Positions 34,306-46,865 of a stretch of DNA of 64,000 nt are shown here, piece after piece. This stretch comes from Macrostomum lignano (lineage: Eukaryota). The first letter of the stretch is position 1; each line of letters begins with the position of its first letter. Location: positions 62,001 to 126,000 of the forward strand of contig NIVC01000586.1 of NCBI GenBank assembly GCA_002269645.1, in the 5' to 3' direction. Made by a program: the position numbers and the translations under genes. The notes beneath the pieces are model-generated. The model was not told the origin of the DNA, made no database searches, and saw nothing but the letters and a program-made list of their open reading frames with translations.

Positions 34306-35234
34306 CAAGCCCCAACATGGCGCCCCTTGTCAAAATCGCAGTTGCCCAGCAGTTGAACAAAACAAAGTTGGTCACAGCATTGCTGCAGGTCACATATTCT
34401 ATTCACTGTCTGTGCCAGTGACTTGACTCGCGGATCCTGTTTATTGCGATGGAAGCATACTACTGTAAGTAAGCTGATCAATAGACTGGTTTCCAGTTAG
34501 TCGTACTAATGTTGTAATGAATGTCGTACAGTCTACTATGCGACATTTCAGTGTTACTGTTCTAATTGATTTAGCCTGCAGTAATTTTTCATTAATGTGC
34601 TTTAACAACTGAATCTTTGATTACGTAGTCGTGTACGCCTTGTGTTTAATCTATGCTTGATTATTTATGATCAAAAGTTCCGTAGTTCAATACTCATTTA
34701 TTTGTTGCACTTCCCGGACAGGCCTAGGGTGTCCGGGGGTGTGAGGGTGTGCAGTTTTTAATTCTCTTGAGTGATTTTGAGTTCGCTTTTTGGGTTTTTG
34801 AGGAGGTTTTTTTGTCTTAGCAATCAGTTCAAACCCGCGCGTGTTTCCGATTTTTGTCTCTTATTTATTGCACTGATTTATGGCAATAAAATTCTAATGC
34901 GCTGTCAACTGCGACCAACTGAACAATCCATATCACGTGACTTACATAATTAATGCAATAATTGTCGTATCGTATAAATTTGATTCCAACGGCAATAGCT
35001 GGTTGCTGGCGCTGAACTTCCCGCAATGATAAATGTATTTAAATAAACTGGCTATTTATATTTATAGGCCGCACCAATTGTTGCTCAAGTATTTCGAATT
35101 GGGTTTGTGACAATGTCTTCGAATTTCATTGAAATTACGTGTAATATCATATAACGTAGATTACTGATTGTCTTAATCTGGAAGTAGGAAGTCACATGTT
35201 TGCGATGCATACCGGCCGATAGTGTATTTCTATT

Positions 35235-35600
35235 TGGCTGTACATTTTTCGATACATATCGGCTCGTCTGATCATAAGCTGAGTGTGTATGTATTTCCAA
35301 TTGGTTATTCATTTTATCGATACATATCGGTTCGGCCATTCAGAGCCGAGTATACATGTATTTCTAGTTGATTATACATTTTTCGACACATATCGGCTCG
35401 TCTGATCATAAGCTGAGTGTGTATGTATTTCCAATTGGTTATTCATTTTATCGATACATATCGGTTCGGCCATTCAGAGCCGAGTATACATGTATTTCTA
35501 GTTGATTATACATTTTTCGACACATATCGGCTCGGCTGATCAGAGCCCGAGTGTACATGTATTTCCAATTGGATATATACTTTTCGATACATATCGGCTA
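35235..35600. repeat. About 66-bp degenerate tandem repeat with core ttttcgatacatatcgg, between the convergent 3' ends
   Basis: Six core occurrences in alternating variants. Confidence 0.8.
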
Positions 35601-36297
35601 TTCCTAGAATGCGGTTTTTTGTCCTCTGAAATTTTGAAGTTAAACAATAAATTCTTAGAATAAACCAACAACAAGTTATAAATAACAAATTAAACATTAC
35701 TAAATTAGTTGCTGAGCTAAATTTAGCCATTATATTGTACGATAAGAAGTCAGTTTTTGGGTAACAAAAAAGTAAGTAGAAAAATAATTCAATATAATGA
35801 TAAAAAAGTCAATTTCGCACGCCGAATCGAACAGCTGGAGGTAAAGAGCCCAAACAAATAGATTAGTTTATTAAAAGCATATCGATATGCCAGAGAAGCC
35901 CCTGGACAATGCACGGCTGGTCTGACAATTTAGACTAATAATAATTTCAATGTTATGCAGTATAGCAGTATAAAAATTGGAAACAAATGACGAATCGCAA
36001 GTTATTGAGATGAAAAGCGGTACATGATCATAATGGTTGCATGAGGATAACTAACTAAGAGCAGCGGCAACAATAATTGAATAAAATGCTCGCCATCCTA
36101 CTGAATAACATTGCCAGTAGCCAGTAGGAAAAATACATTTTTATTACGCAAGCAAAATGATTACACTATTGATGTGCATTTAAACTACTGATAGTAACCT
36201 AAATAATTTGGCGGTTAGATTTTAGATAATAAATATACTACTACTACGAATATGGATTAGTAACCTGTTATTGAAGTTTGAGAACAGACCACCGGGA

Positions 36298-37840
36298 TCA
36301 AGCTGGAAGCAGATTCTCCTTGTCCTCAGGAACTGCGGGCGGGACAGTCGGGGGACAGCCGCTGCCGCCGCAGGATTCGCCATCGGGCTGGTCTTCAGCA
36401 CTGAGCCGGCCGGTCGTGGCACCCTTGGCTGCGCCGGTCGCGGGCGGCGGCAGGTCCGCAGCGGCATGCGAGCTGAGGGCGGCCACGAGCTCCTCACCAA
36501 CCCGGCCACCTGATTTGCTGTTCGGCGCGCCGCCGGCCGTGAAGGTGGAGTCGGGCTCGGCCAGGCGCACTTGGCGCTCGTGGTTGGCCAGCAGGGGCGC
36601 CAGGGCGGCGGCGGCGGCGTCTGACGAGTCGCAGTGTCGCAGCAGAATCTCGCTGGTGTCCAAGGACAGGTGCAGCAGCTTCTGCTCGGCGCTGAGTGCC
36701 GGCTGGCGACCCTGTCTGGATGGATGTTTAAGGGGGAGTTTTTTTATGATCATAGATTCAGTCAAAACAGTATTGCCGATATGTATCGAAAACAATAGCA
36801 GCTAAGATAACACCGCTAAGTAACCGATATGTTTCGTGCTGAAAGTGCTGAAAATAGCACACTCTATATAGCCGATATGCATCGAAAACTGGATTGATAG
36901 CTAGCTAAATAATCCACACTCTACATAGCCGATATGTATAGAAAACTGGATTGATTGCTAGCTAAATAATCCACACTCTACATAGCCGATATGTATCGAA
37001 AACTGGATTGATTGCTAGCTAAATAATTCACACTCTATATGGCCGATATGTATCGAAAACTAGATTGCTAGCTAAAAAATTCACACTCTACATGGCCGAT
37101 ATGTATCGATCGAACCCCAGATACCGGAGAGCACACGTTACTCACTTGAGCCGCTCAATCTGGCCTAGCAAAGCCGCCCGCTCATCCGATCCGTAGGCAG
37201 CGGCCACATCGCTAGCGAACTGTTTCCAGTTGACGCGAACCCGGGCCTGCAGCCGGTCGAAGGTGTCCAGCAGCGCCTCCAGGCACAGATGCCGGCGATC
37301 GCCGCACAGTCGGCGCAGCTGCCGCCGCCAGGTGCCGGCCTCGCCGGTGTCCAGCAGGCCGGAGCAGAGCCAGTCCAGGCCGATGCCCAGCGCCGCAGGC
37401 AAGTCGTCATGGGCAAGCCACACCTGCAAACAGGCAAACAGGTGGTGGAGCATGCAGACTGCGATTTTTCCCCATCAAAGCTGGCATTTCCCAGAAAATT
37501 TCTTACCTGCATGGCCGCCAGGTAGGCGGAATTTCCGCGCCGCTGCAGCAGCGCTTCGACAGCCTCGCCGGGCCTCTGCAGCAGCAGCAGCAGCTGGGCG
37601 CGCAGCTCGTGACGGCCGGCCTCGGCGCACGACTTGGCGTAGGCGTCCAGGGCGCGGGCGCGGACCGGGTCGGATGGGAGCAGGCGCAGGTTGCTGAGCA
37701 GCACAGCCTGCGGGCGGGTGGAGCGGGTTTGCTGGCTGACGACAGAGAGACAGACAGACAGAGAGACAGACAGACAGACAGAGAGACAGACAGACAGACA
37801 AACAAACAGACAGACAGATAAACAGAGACAGGCAGACAGG

Positions 37841-37871
<31 letters not shown>

Positions 37872-40800
37872 GCAGACAGACAGACAGACAGACAAACAGA
37901 CTGACAGGCAGACAGACAGACAGACAGACAGACAGGCAGGCAGACAGACAGACACACAGACAGGCAAACAGACAGACCTCCCTAGCCTTGCCGGCAGTCA
38001 GCAGGCAGTCAACGGCAGCCTCGGTCCGCCGAGCGGCCAGCAGGTAGGTGGCGGCCAGGTGAGCGTCTCCGCACCGTCGCAGTCCGTCAGCTTTGGCCAC
38101 AGCGACGCTGGCATCCAGATCAGGGGAGGCGGCGGCTGCCAAGTAGCTGACAGCCACGAGCCAGTCAGGCAGGAAGCCGGAGGCGGTGGCTTCCTGTGAA
38201 TTTTATAGTAAATTGGTTCTAGTGAGCACACTGGCTAAGCTAGATCCCCACTTGAGCACACTGGCTGAGCTAGATCCCCACTTGAGCATACTGGCTGAGC
38301 TAGATCCCCACTTGAGCACACTGGCTAAGTTAGATCCCCACTTGAGCACACTGGCTGAGCTAGATCCCCACTTGAGCACACTGGCTGAGCTAGATCCCCA
38401 CTTGAGCACACTGGCTAAGTTAGATTCCCACTTGAGCACACTGGCTGAGCAGTCTAATCTACCTGGACAGCGCGCTGCAGGCGGCCGGACCAGACCAGCA
38501 GCAGCAGGTAATTGTCCAGGTGGCCGATCCGCAGCAGTCGGCGCAGCTCTCGGTCGGCCAGTCGAGCCGCGTGCGGCCGCGGCAGCAGCGCCAGGAGGTT
38601 GTCCGGCATTTCCACTTCGGCATCGCCGCGCAGGAGCGCCAGCAAAGCGGCGAAATCCGCCAGGCGCAAGTCTTCGGCGCTGGCCGCGGCGCGGGCGTTC
38701 TCGGCGCGTCCGGAGCGCGGAAAAAGCGCCGGACGGCGGCGCGACGGATCAGCGCCGACTCCGCGACGGAGGGCAACGTCGGCCAGGGTGGCCGGGCCGG
38801 CAGCATCGGCCAGGTCCTCGTTGTCGGCGGGGACGGCGGAGGCGGACGCGGCCGGTTCCTTCTCGGTGGCGCTGGGCCGGCGGACGAACTGCGTGGGGGC
38901 GGCGGCAGGCGGCGGCTGGCCCTTGACCTGCGGGAGGGAATGGCCAGTGCGATGAAGCAGACTTATGAAGCTGGTAGGGGATCTAAATAAAATTGGAGGC
39001 AGGAAAATACGGGGTTAAAAAAATTGATTTAATTTTATCAGGGGATTTACTAAACCCGTGATCTCGAATGGCGATTTACTGAACCAGTGAATCATGCGCA
39101 TTTGGAATCAATGTACATTTGGGATCATGTGCATTTAGGATCATGTGGATTAGGGATCATGTACATTTGGGATCATGTGGATTAGGGATCATGTACATTT
39201 GGGATCATGTGCATTTGGGATCATTTGCATTTAGGGTCATGTGCATTTGGGATCATGTGCATTAGAGATCATGTACATTTTGGATAATGTACATTAGGGA
39301 TCATGTACATTTGGGATCATGTACATTTGGGATCAAGTGCTTTGGGATCATGTGCATTTGAATTCATGAACATTTGGTATCATGTACACTTTGGATCATG
39401 TGCATTTGAATTCATGAACATTTGGTATCATGTACACTTTGGATCATGTGCATTTGGGATCGTGTGCTTTTAGAATGGGGATTTACTGAAGAAGCATTCT
39501 CCTCACCGTCAGCTCCCGTTTTTTCTGTTTAACCAGACGCAGCAGGTCGTCCAGCTCCAGGTCCTCCACGCTGGTGTTCAAAGTGGCCGCGGTCGCAGCT
39601 GCTGCGGCCTCATGCCCAGTCGAAGCATCGTCAACGTCGGCATCGAGAGCGGCCTCGTCGGCGGTCCTGGCCAGCACTCCGTGCGGCAGCGGCGGCCGGT
39701 ACTGCCGGCCCGAGGTGGGCGGCGACTTCCTGTCGAGCTGGGAGATTCGCCAGACGAGCAGGCAGTGATCTTCGCTACCGCTCAGGCACACATCCGGGTC
39801 GCTGGCTGACCAAAGCACCGTGTACACTTTGCCTGCGTGACCGGCAAAGTTGGCCAGGTGATCCCCGGTGCGGACGTCCCACACCTGGGCGGTGCCGTCG
39901 AATGAGCCGGACAGCAGGTGGTGCGGCGTGTGCGGGCTCCAGCACAGCGAGGTGATGCGGTCCCGGTGGCCCTGAAGAGAGCGCAATTTGGAAACAGCAT
40001 GCTCAAGTGGGGATCTAGTGGAGATCTCAAGTGTGCTCAAGTGGGGATCTAGTGGAGATCTCAAGTGTGCTCAAGTGGGGATCTAGTGGAGATCTCAAGT
40101 GTGCTCAAGTGGGGATCTAGTGGAGATCTCAAGTGTGCTCAAGTGGGGATCTAGTGGAGATCTCAAGTGTGCTCAAGTGGGGATCTAGTGGAGATCTCAA
40201 GTGTGCTCAAGTGGGGATCTAGTGGAGATCTCAAGTGTGCTCAAGTGGGGATCTAGTGGAGATCTCAAGTGTGCTCAAGTGGGGATCTAGTGGAGATCTC
40301 AAGTGTGCTCAAGTGGGGATCTAGTGGAGATCTCAAGTGTGCTCAAGTGGGGATCTAGTGGAGATCTCAAGTGTGCTCAAGTGGGGATCTAGTGGAGATC
40401 TCAAGTGTGCTCAAGTGGGGATCTAGTGGAGATCTCAAGTGTGCTCAAGTGGGGATCTAGTGGAGATCTCAAGTGTGCTCAAGTGGGGATCTAGTGGAGA
40501 TCTCAAGTGTGCTCAAGTAGGGATCTAGTGATGATCTCAAGTGTGCTCAAGTGGGGATCTAGTGATGATCTCAAGTGTGCTCAAGTGGGGATCCAGTGAT
40601 GATCTCAAGTGTGCTCAAGTGGGGATCTAGTGGAGATCTCAAGTGTGCTCAAGTGGGGATCTAGTGGAGATCTCAAGTGTGCTCAAGTGGGGATCTAGTG
40701 GAGATCTCAAGTGTGCTCAAGTGGGGATTTAGTGGAGATCTCAAGTGTGCTCAAGTGGGGATCTAGTGGAGATCTCAAGTGTGCTCAAGCCCTCACCTTC

Positions 40801-43800
40801 AAGGTGATCATAGGCTCAGACACGTCAACGCAGGAGGCGCTGTCGCTGCCGACCCCGGTGTCCATCACGAAGACAGTTGGGCTGTTGGTGCCGATGGCCA
40901 GCCAGCCGCGGCAGTCCGCCGCATAGCCGGGGTGCCAGGCCAGCGCGTTGACAATCTTCCGGCTGAACAGGGCTCGAACTCGCAACCTCATGGCCGACCA
41001 ATTAAAGATTTCAACCAGTCCAGATTCGTTGCCGACGGCCAGCTGGCTGCAGTCGGGGCTGAACTGAGCATCGGTCCGGCTCCTGTTGCGGTTCTTCGGC
41101 CCTCCAGCCTGCTGCTGCTGCTGCTGATGCAGCAGCGGCGGCCCGGCCGGCAGCTGGCGGGAGACGTCCGTGGCCGGCTGCGACATAGCCGGATCGTGCA
41201 CGAGGATCCGGTAGTTGCCGACGCTGTATACTGCGGCCGCCGACGCCTGCTCCGGACTGTCGGTTGTCGACGGGGGCGGCGGGCCCCAGCGCACGATGTA
41301 CACGCAGCCTTTGTGATGGCTGGGCGACAGGCGGACAGCTTTGGCACCTCCGGCCGGGCCGGCGGCCAGCAGGGTGTCCACGCAGCCAACCTGGCCAGCG
41401 TCCGTGCCGAATGCCAGCAGGCCCTCCTGGCTGGGGTGCCAGGTCACCGCGCTGACCCGGCCGCTGATGCCCTGCCAGTGAAGGCTTACGTCGTAGGCGG
41501 AGGCGGCGCCGGCGCCGCGGCGCCAGACTCGGATGCAGCCGTCGCCGAAGCCGGCGGCCAGGGTGGCGGGGCTGCTGGGGCTGGGCTGGGCACACAGCGC
41601 AAAGCCTGAGGCGGTGGGCACAGAGCTGAGCAGGGTGGCGGGGCTTGGCTCCAGGCTCAGCTCGCAGATCCACCAGTCGATGCCGAAGGTGTAAAGCCGG
41701 TTGCCGCGGCTTGCCATGGCGAAGATCATCCGGTGCAGGGGAGGCTTAGCGGCCGAGGAGCCGGTGAGCAGGGCTGAGTAGCCCGCCGAGGCGCCAGGGT
41801 CCCGCTTGAGAATCTCTCCCGTGGGGGTGTTGAACAGCAGCGGCTGCCCGCGGGGCCAGGCGAGGCTGCACCAGTAGCGTCTGTCGTCTGACTGGGCCCA
41901 GCCGCGCTTCTTGCCCAGGCTGGGGGGCACCTGCGGGAGGGGAGAATGACTCTAGAGATACAGAGAGTGACTGTAGAGATACAGAGTGACTCTAGAGATA
42001 CAGGGTGACTCTAGAGATACAGGGTGACTCTAGAGATACAGGGTGACTTTAGAGATACAGGGTGACTCTAGAGATACAGGGTGACTCTAGAGATACAGGG
42101 TGACTCTAGAGATACAGGGTGACTCTAGAGATACAGGGTGACTCTAGAGATACAGAGTGACTCTAGAGATACAGAGTGACTCCAGAGACACAGAGAGTGA
42201 CTCTAGAGACACATAGAGTGACTCCAGAGACACAGAAGACTTTAGAGTCGCACAATTGACTTACCTTAACACTAGCAGAGCACACAACGGACTCATCTGA
42301 GTCCAAACCCCACAGCTTGAGCAGGCGATCGCGGCCAACGCTGGCCAAGTCCGGCTGGGCATCCCCGGCAGGCTGGGCATCCCAGTTCCAGGCCAGGTTT
42401 ACCACCTCCCCGGTGTGCGCGGCCAGCCGATGCGCCACGGTGAGTCCGGATGAGGCGGAGGCTGTCGGATTGAAACTGAGCACGCAGACCTGGCCATTGC
42501 GACCGGCGCAAGCTAGGGTGGAGGCTGAGTTCGGCTTCCACAGCACCTGGCAGGCGAGATGGGGCGGATTGAGGCTCTGGTTACTGATTTTTCAATAATT
42601 CCTGGTAGAATTTTCTGTCCCGATTCCAAAATCCCAGTCTCGATCCCCAGAATCCCAGTCCCGATTCCCAAACTCCCAGTCCTGATCCCTAAGAATCCCA
42701 CTCCTGATACCCCAAAATCCCACTCCTTATCCCCCAAAATTCCAGTCCTGATCCCTTAAAATCCTGTCTTCACCCCCCAAAATCCCAGTCTCGATCCCCA
42801 AAATCCCAGTCCCGATCTCCAAAATCCCAGTCTCGATCCCCAAAATCCCAGTCCCGATCTCCAAAATCCCAGTCTCGATCCCCAAAATCCCAGTTCCAAT
42901 TCCCAGAATCCCAGTCCTGATCCCTAAAAATCCAGTCTTCACCTCCAAAATCGCAGTCCTGATCCCTAAAATCCCAGTCTCGATCCCCAAAATCCCAGTC
43001 CCGATCTCCAAAATCCCAGTCTCGATCCCCAAAATCCCAGTTCCAATTCCCAGAATCCCAGTCCTGATCCCTAAAAATCCAGTCTTCACCTCCAAAATCG
43101 CAGTCCTGATCCCTAAAATCGCAGTCCGGATCCCCAAAATCGCAGTCCTGATCCCCGAAATGTTAGCTCTGATCCCGAAAATCCCAGTTTTAATCCCAGT
43201 CCTGAAATTAAAGAAATCATAAAATGGAACCCCTTAAACCCGTCCTGGTCGCAACAAAGACCCCAGCCACAAGCCAATCTTCAAAAGCCCAGTCAGCTGC
43301 ACGGACCTGGTTGACTCCCTGGTCTTTGCCAAACGGCCGGCACTGAACTCCGTTAGCGCCGCCGCCGCCGGGCAGCCATCGCAGCACCGCAACGTGGCCG
43401 CTCTCGCAGCCGACAGCCAGCAGCCTCACCGCAGCATCGCCACCCGCGGCATCCGCAGCCGCTAGGCAGCTGGGCAGCGGCTCTTTCAATCCCAGACTTT
43501 GCGGATTAAACTCGCGCAGGCAGCTTCTGGCGGCGAAGTCCCAGACTCGAACGAAACCGTCCAGGCCGCAGGAGGCGAATTTAACGGACTGAGTCGTCAG
43601 CTCGCCCTCCTCCAGCTCGGCGCTGGCGTCATCGATGGCAGCGAGGCCGCTGCACTTGACCTGATGAGCTGGGAGGAAGCCCAGGTAGGCCAGGGGACTG
43701 TCGGGCAGCTCCCTGCCCAGGTAAATGACATTCTGCCTGGCAGCGAATGCCACCACGCCGTTGCTAAGGACGCAGGCGACGCTGCTATCGTAGTAATTCG

Positions 43801-43861
43801 GCGACGCAATCAGAGAGGGCAGCATGGCGCTGGAGCCCACTGGGTAATTGTCCATCATCAT
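36298..43861 (-). CDS. GEMIN5: Gem-associated protein 5 (WD40 repeats plus TPR-like dimerisation region), 9 exons, 1337 aa
   Basis: Exons 43861-43307, 42546-42265, 41930-40797, 39971-39507, 38927-38463, 38193-37978, 37707-37507, 37423-37146, 36715-36298. All introns are GT-AG, phases are consistent, total 4014 nt. Segments [60 protein letters not shown] and [14 protein letters not shown] match GEMIN5 as I remember it. Confidence 0.88.
36850..37110. repeat. About 57-bp repeat (core ccgatatgtatcgaaaac), GEMIN5 intron 8
   Basis: About 5 full units plus partial cores back to 36775. Confidence 0.85.
37740..37977. repeat. (GACA)n microsatellite, GEMIN5 intron 6
   Basis: The array begins at the donor dinucleotide itself (GTCTGT on the minus strand). 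Confidence 0.95.
38222..38450. repeat. 30-bp minisatellite (cttgagcacactggctgagctagatcccca), GEMIN5 intron 5
   Basis: About 7.5 units. Confidence 0.95.
39100..39470. repeat. About 17-bp degenerate minisatellite (tgggatcatgtgcattt), GEMIN5 intron 4
   Basis: About 20 diverged units. Confidence 0.85.
39998..40790. repeat. 34-bp minisatellite (ctcaagtggggatctagtggagatctcaagtgtg), GEMIN5 intron 3
   Basis: About 23 nearly identical units filling the intron. Confidence 0.97.
41947..42250. repeat. 20-bp minisatellite (gtgactctagagatacagg), GEMIN5 intron 2
   Basis: About 14 units. Confidence 0.92.
42625..43205. repeat. 21-bp minisatellite (aaaatcccagtcccgatcccc), GEMIN5 intron 1
   Basis: About 27 units with a 7-codon period in the spurious ORF. 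Confidence 0.9.
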
Positions 43862-43924
43862 CAATTGGGAGGCTGCAAATTCACGTGCTGATCTGAGTTC
43901 GCTAGATTGAGATGGATTGTGGCG

Positions 43925-44205
43925 GAGTGCGGGGTGACGGAGTGAGGGGTGACGGAGTGAGGGGTGACGGAGTGAGGGGTGACGGAGAGAGGGCTGACGG
44001 AGTGAGGGGTGACGGAGTGAGGGCTGACGGAGTGAGGGGATGACGGAATGAGGGCTGATGGAGAGAGGGCTGACGGAGTGAGGGCTGACGGAATGAGGGG
44101 TGACGGAATGAGGGCTGACGGAGTGAGGGCTGACGGAGTGAGGGCTGACGGAGTGAGGGGTGACGGAGTGAGGGCTGACGGAGTGAGGGGTGGCAGAGTG
44201 ACGGC
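43925..44205. repeat. 15-bp minisatellite (gggtgacggagtgag) upstream of the GEMIN5 start
   Basis: About 18 units. Confidence 0.93.
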
Positions 44206-44902
44206 AAGGGAGCTAGCAAGCCAACGAGCTCTTAGACATAAAGTGGAGTTTCTTATAAAAATGAAATAAATAAACAGAAATGATGAAGAGCCGAGGCCCT
44301 GCTTTTAATAGCAATAAAATAATAAGTTTATCGCTAGGCTGAATACGCAAGATAAAGTGCAGTGAATCAGCAGTAATAGGGGTTGACACTTAGTAACATC
44401 TGCGGCTATTAATATGGGAAAAAAATCCTGGCTAACGCAGACACTGATGCTGACACCGATGAGCAAATCTGGATGGGTAGAAACACAATTTAAAATAAAG
44501 ACGGTAAGCACGCTATGAAAGCATGTGCCGTAGCAAATGACAAAAATCAATTTGTATAAATAAATATGGATTAAAAAACTGAGGACACAGCTTGGCAAAA
44601 ATCGATTTGACTACCAATATTCGAATAAAAATTTCCTATAACACAAAAAAAGCTTCAAGCGTAAGAGTTTATTGATATAAAAGTTTATACTGCCTACTCA
44701 TCGACCACAGAAGCAGCAGTAGTATAATGCGAAACTGAAAGCATAAAAATCACAATTTGAAATTTGTTTTCAAAATAAAAAAGACAGAAAATTTTAAAAA
44801 ATCCGAATACATTTTTGGAGACAAAGGAATGACTTCCGAATAAATATCTAGACGGGGCTCAGTTGGAAATGGACGCTTGTTGCCCTGACTCAAATTCCAG
44901 CA

Positions 44903-45337
44903 TCAGGCCTGAGCTTCATCTGGGCTCAGTTTAACCTCAGTCTGGCGGGGAGCTCTCTCGTCCGTCTGCGTGGCCGCGGAAGTCGAGGCCGGCCTCGAGC
45001 CCGTCAGGATGGACAGGAGCACAGTGGCGCAGGCGATCAGGCAGCAGACCAGCACGCCGTACAGCCAGAAGCTCTGCGCCCGGCCTCTCAGCACAGCCGA
45101 GCCGCGCCATTCGGTCACGTACAGCTCGTCCTGCTCGATCAGCACGCTGCCGTGGAATCCGTTGGAGCGTAACACCTGCAGGGCCTGCTTGGTCTGGCGC
45201 CAATGCTCGGCCGTGATGTTGCGCAGCATTGCGCGGAGCAGGGAAGGGCCGTCCTGCGGGCGGGGGAGGCGGCTGGCTTTGACTGCTGATTGGGTGCGAA
45301 CTCGGGGCACTGGCAGCTCGGGTTCGGGTGGCAAAGC
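44903..45337 (-). CDS. Terminal exon of an uncharacterised single-pass membrane protein
   Basis: Acceptor CCCAG| at 45338, then a 144-codon GC-rich open frame containing one hydrophobic segment (FWLYGVLVCCLIACATVLLSIL) and a short tail. A possible upstream exon lies near 46182-46532 but the join is not resolved. Confidence 0.55.
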   Translation of the reverse strand, partial: ALPPEPELPVPRVRTQSAVKASRLPRPQDGPSLLRAMLRNITAEHWRQTKQALQVLRSNGFHGSVLIEQDELYVTEWRGSAVLRGRAQSFWLYGVLVCCLIACATVLLSILTGSRPASTSAATQTDERAPRQTEVKLSPDEAQA

Positions 45338-45344
45338 CTGGGGA

Positions 45345-45900
45345 TCTGGTGGCCCAGCAACTGAGGATCTGGCAATCTGGTATCCCAGCAACTGAGGATC
45401 TGGCAATCTGGTATCCCAGCAACTGAGGATCTGGGAGGCTGGTATCCCAGCAACTGAGGATCTGGGAATCTGCTATCCCAGCAACTGAAGATCTGGCAAT
45501 CTGGTATCCCAGCAACTGAGGATCTGGGAATCTGCTATCCCAGCAACTGAAGATCTGGCAATCTGGTATCCCAGCAACTGAGGATCTGGCAATCTGGTAT
45601 CCCAGCAACTGAAGATCTGGCAATCTGGTATCCCAGCAACTGAGGATCTGGGAATCTGGTATCCCAGCAACTGAAGATCTGGCAATCTGGTATCCCAGCA
45701 ACTGAGGATCTGGCAATCTGGTATCCCAGCAACTGAGGATCTGGGAGGCTGGTATCCCAGCAACTGAGGATCTGGGAATCTGCTATCCAAGCAACTGAGA
45801 ATCTGGGAGGCTGGTATCCCAGCAACTGAGGATCTGGGAATCTGCTATCCCAGCAACTGAAGATCTGGCAATCTGGTATCCCAGCAACTGAAGATCTAGC
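45345..45900. repeat. 31-bp minisatellite (ggtatcccagcaactgaggatctggcaatct) in the intron upstream of that exon
   Basis: About 18 units abutting the acceptor. Confidence 0.95.
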
Positions 45901-46634
45901 ACGTGAATTATCACGAAGAAATATCACTTGACTGCAATCAAAGCCCGCAGTAGCCTTTGGAGATTGAAATATCAAAATATCCTTAACTCATCAAATTAAA
46001 ACAAAAACACGTGGACAGACCACCCAATGGCTGATTGAAGCTATAAAAAATTGAAAAGACCAAATTACAAAATCTATAGAGCAGTACAGACAGACTGCAC
46101 AATAACCAGTTTACTTTGAGCACATAGAAATGCAATAAAAATATGAATAATGATAACTGACACGGAGCAAGTAAGCTAAGATCAGGACACATCAGACACT
46201 GTCTGAACAACAGCAGAAATCCTGGCATCACGGACAGTTGAGCACAGAGCCAGACAGGTGATGAGCTTACTGAGCAGCTGCTTGTGCACAGTAACATTGA
46301 AGGTGAAACTGCCAATGCTAGAGCCGGGCGAGATCTGGCCAACTGTCAGGGGGAACGAGCCCAACTCTCCATAGAAATCTTTGCAGGCCAATAAAATGAG
46401 AGATTTGATTGCCGAACGACTGCGCAAGCTGGCGGTGTAAGCTGGCTTATCGCACTGCAGCTCCACTGTGCAGCAGAGCTGCTGAAGCGCAGACTCCGGC
46501 ATCATGAATTGGCAGTTTAACGCGAAGCTCAAGTTCCACTATGTAAATAAGTTTTGATATTTGCATGGCTATCAAATATAGAAAGTCATGACTGTATACA
46601 ATTGTTAAATGAATATCTAAAATTTATCCCAGTA

Positions 46635-46865
46635 ATAATAATAATAATAATAATTGTTGATTAAAATTGCCCTAATAGGCAGATGTGCAACCGACAGCTC
46701 AGCCGCAGCTATTGCGCAGCGCATCTGAAGGCTGCGTACGGCTGTTCAGTCCAAGGACTTGGGGGTCGCCACACAGCCTTAATTACCCCAGCTAATACTG
46801 GCACCCATTTTACAGCTGGGTGAACTGAAGCAAAGCAGAGTTAAGTATCTTGCTCCAGGACTCAC
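46635..46865 (-). mobile_element. 5'-truncated CORE-like SINE with (ATT)n tail
   Basis: cccattttacagctgggtgaactgaagcaaagcagagttaagtatcttgctccagg resembles the reverse-orientation MIR/CORE segment (cccattttacagatgaggaaactgagg...gttaagtgacttgcccaagg). An (AAT)6 tail sits at the other end. No tRNA-derived head is seen. Confidence 0.5.
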
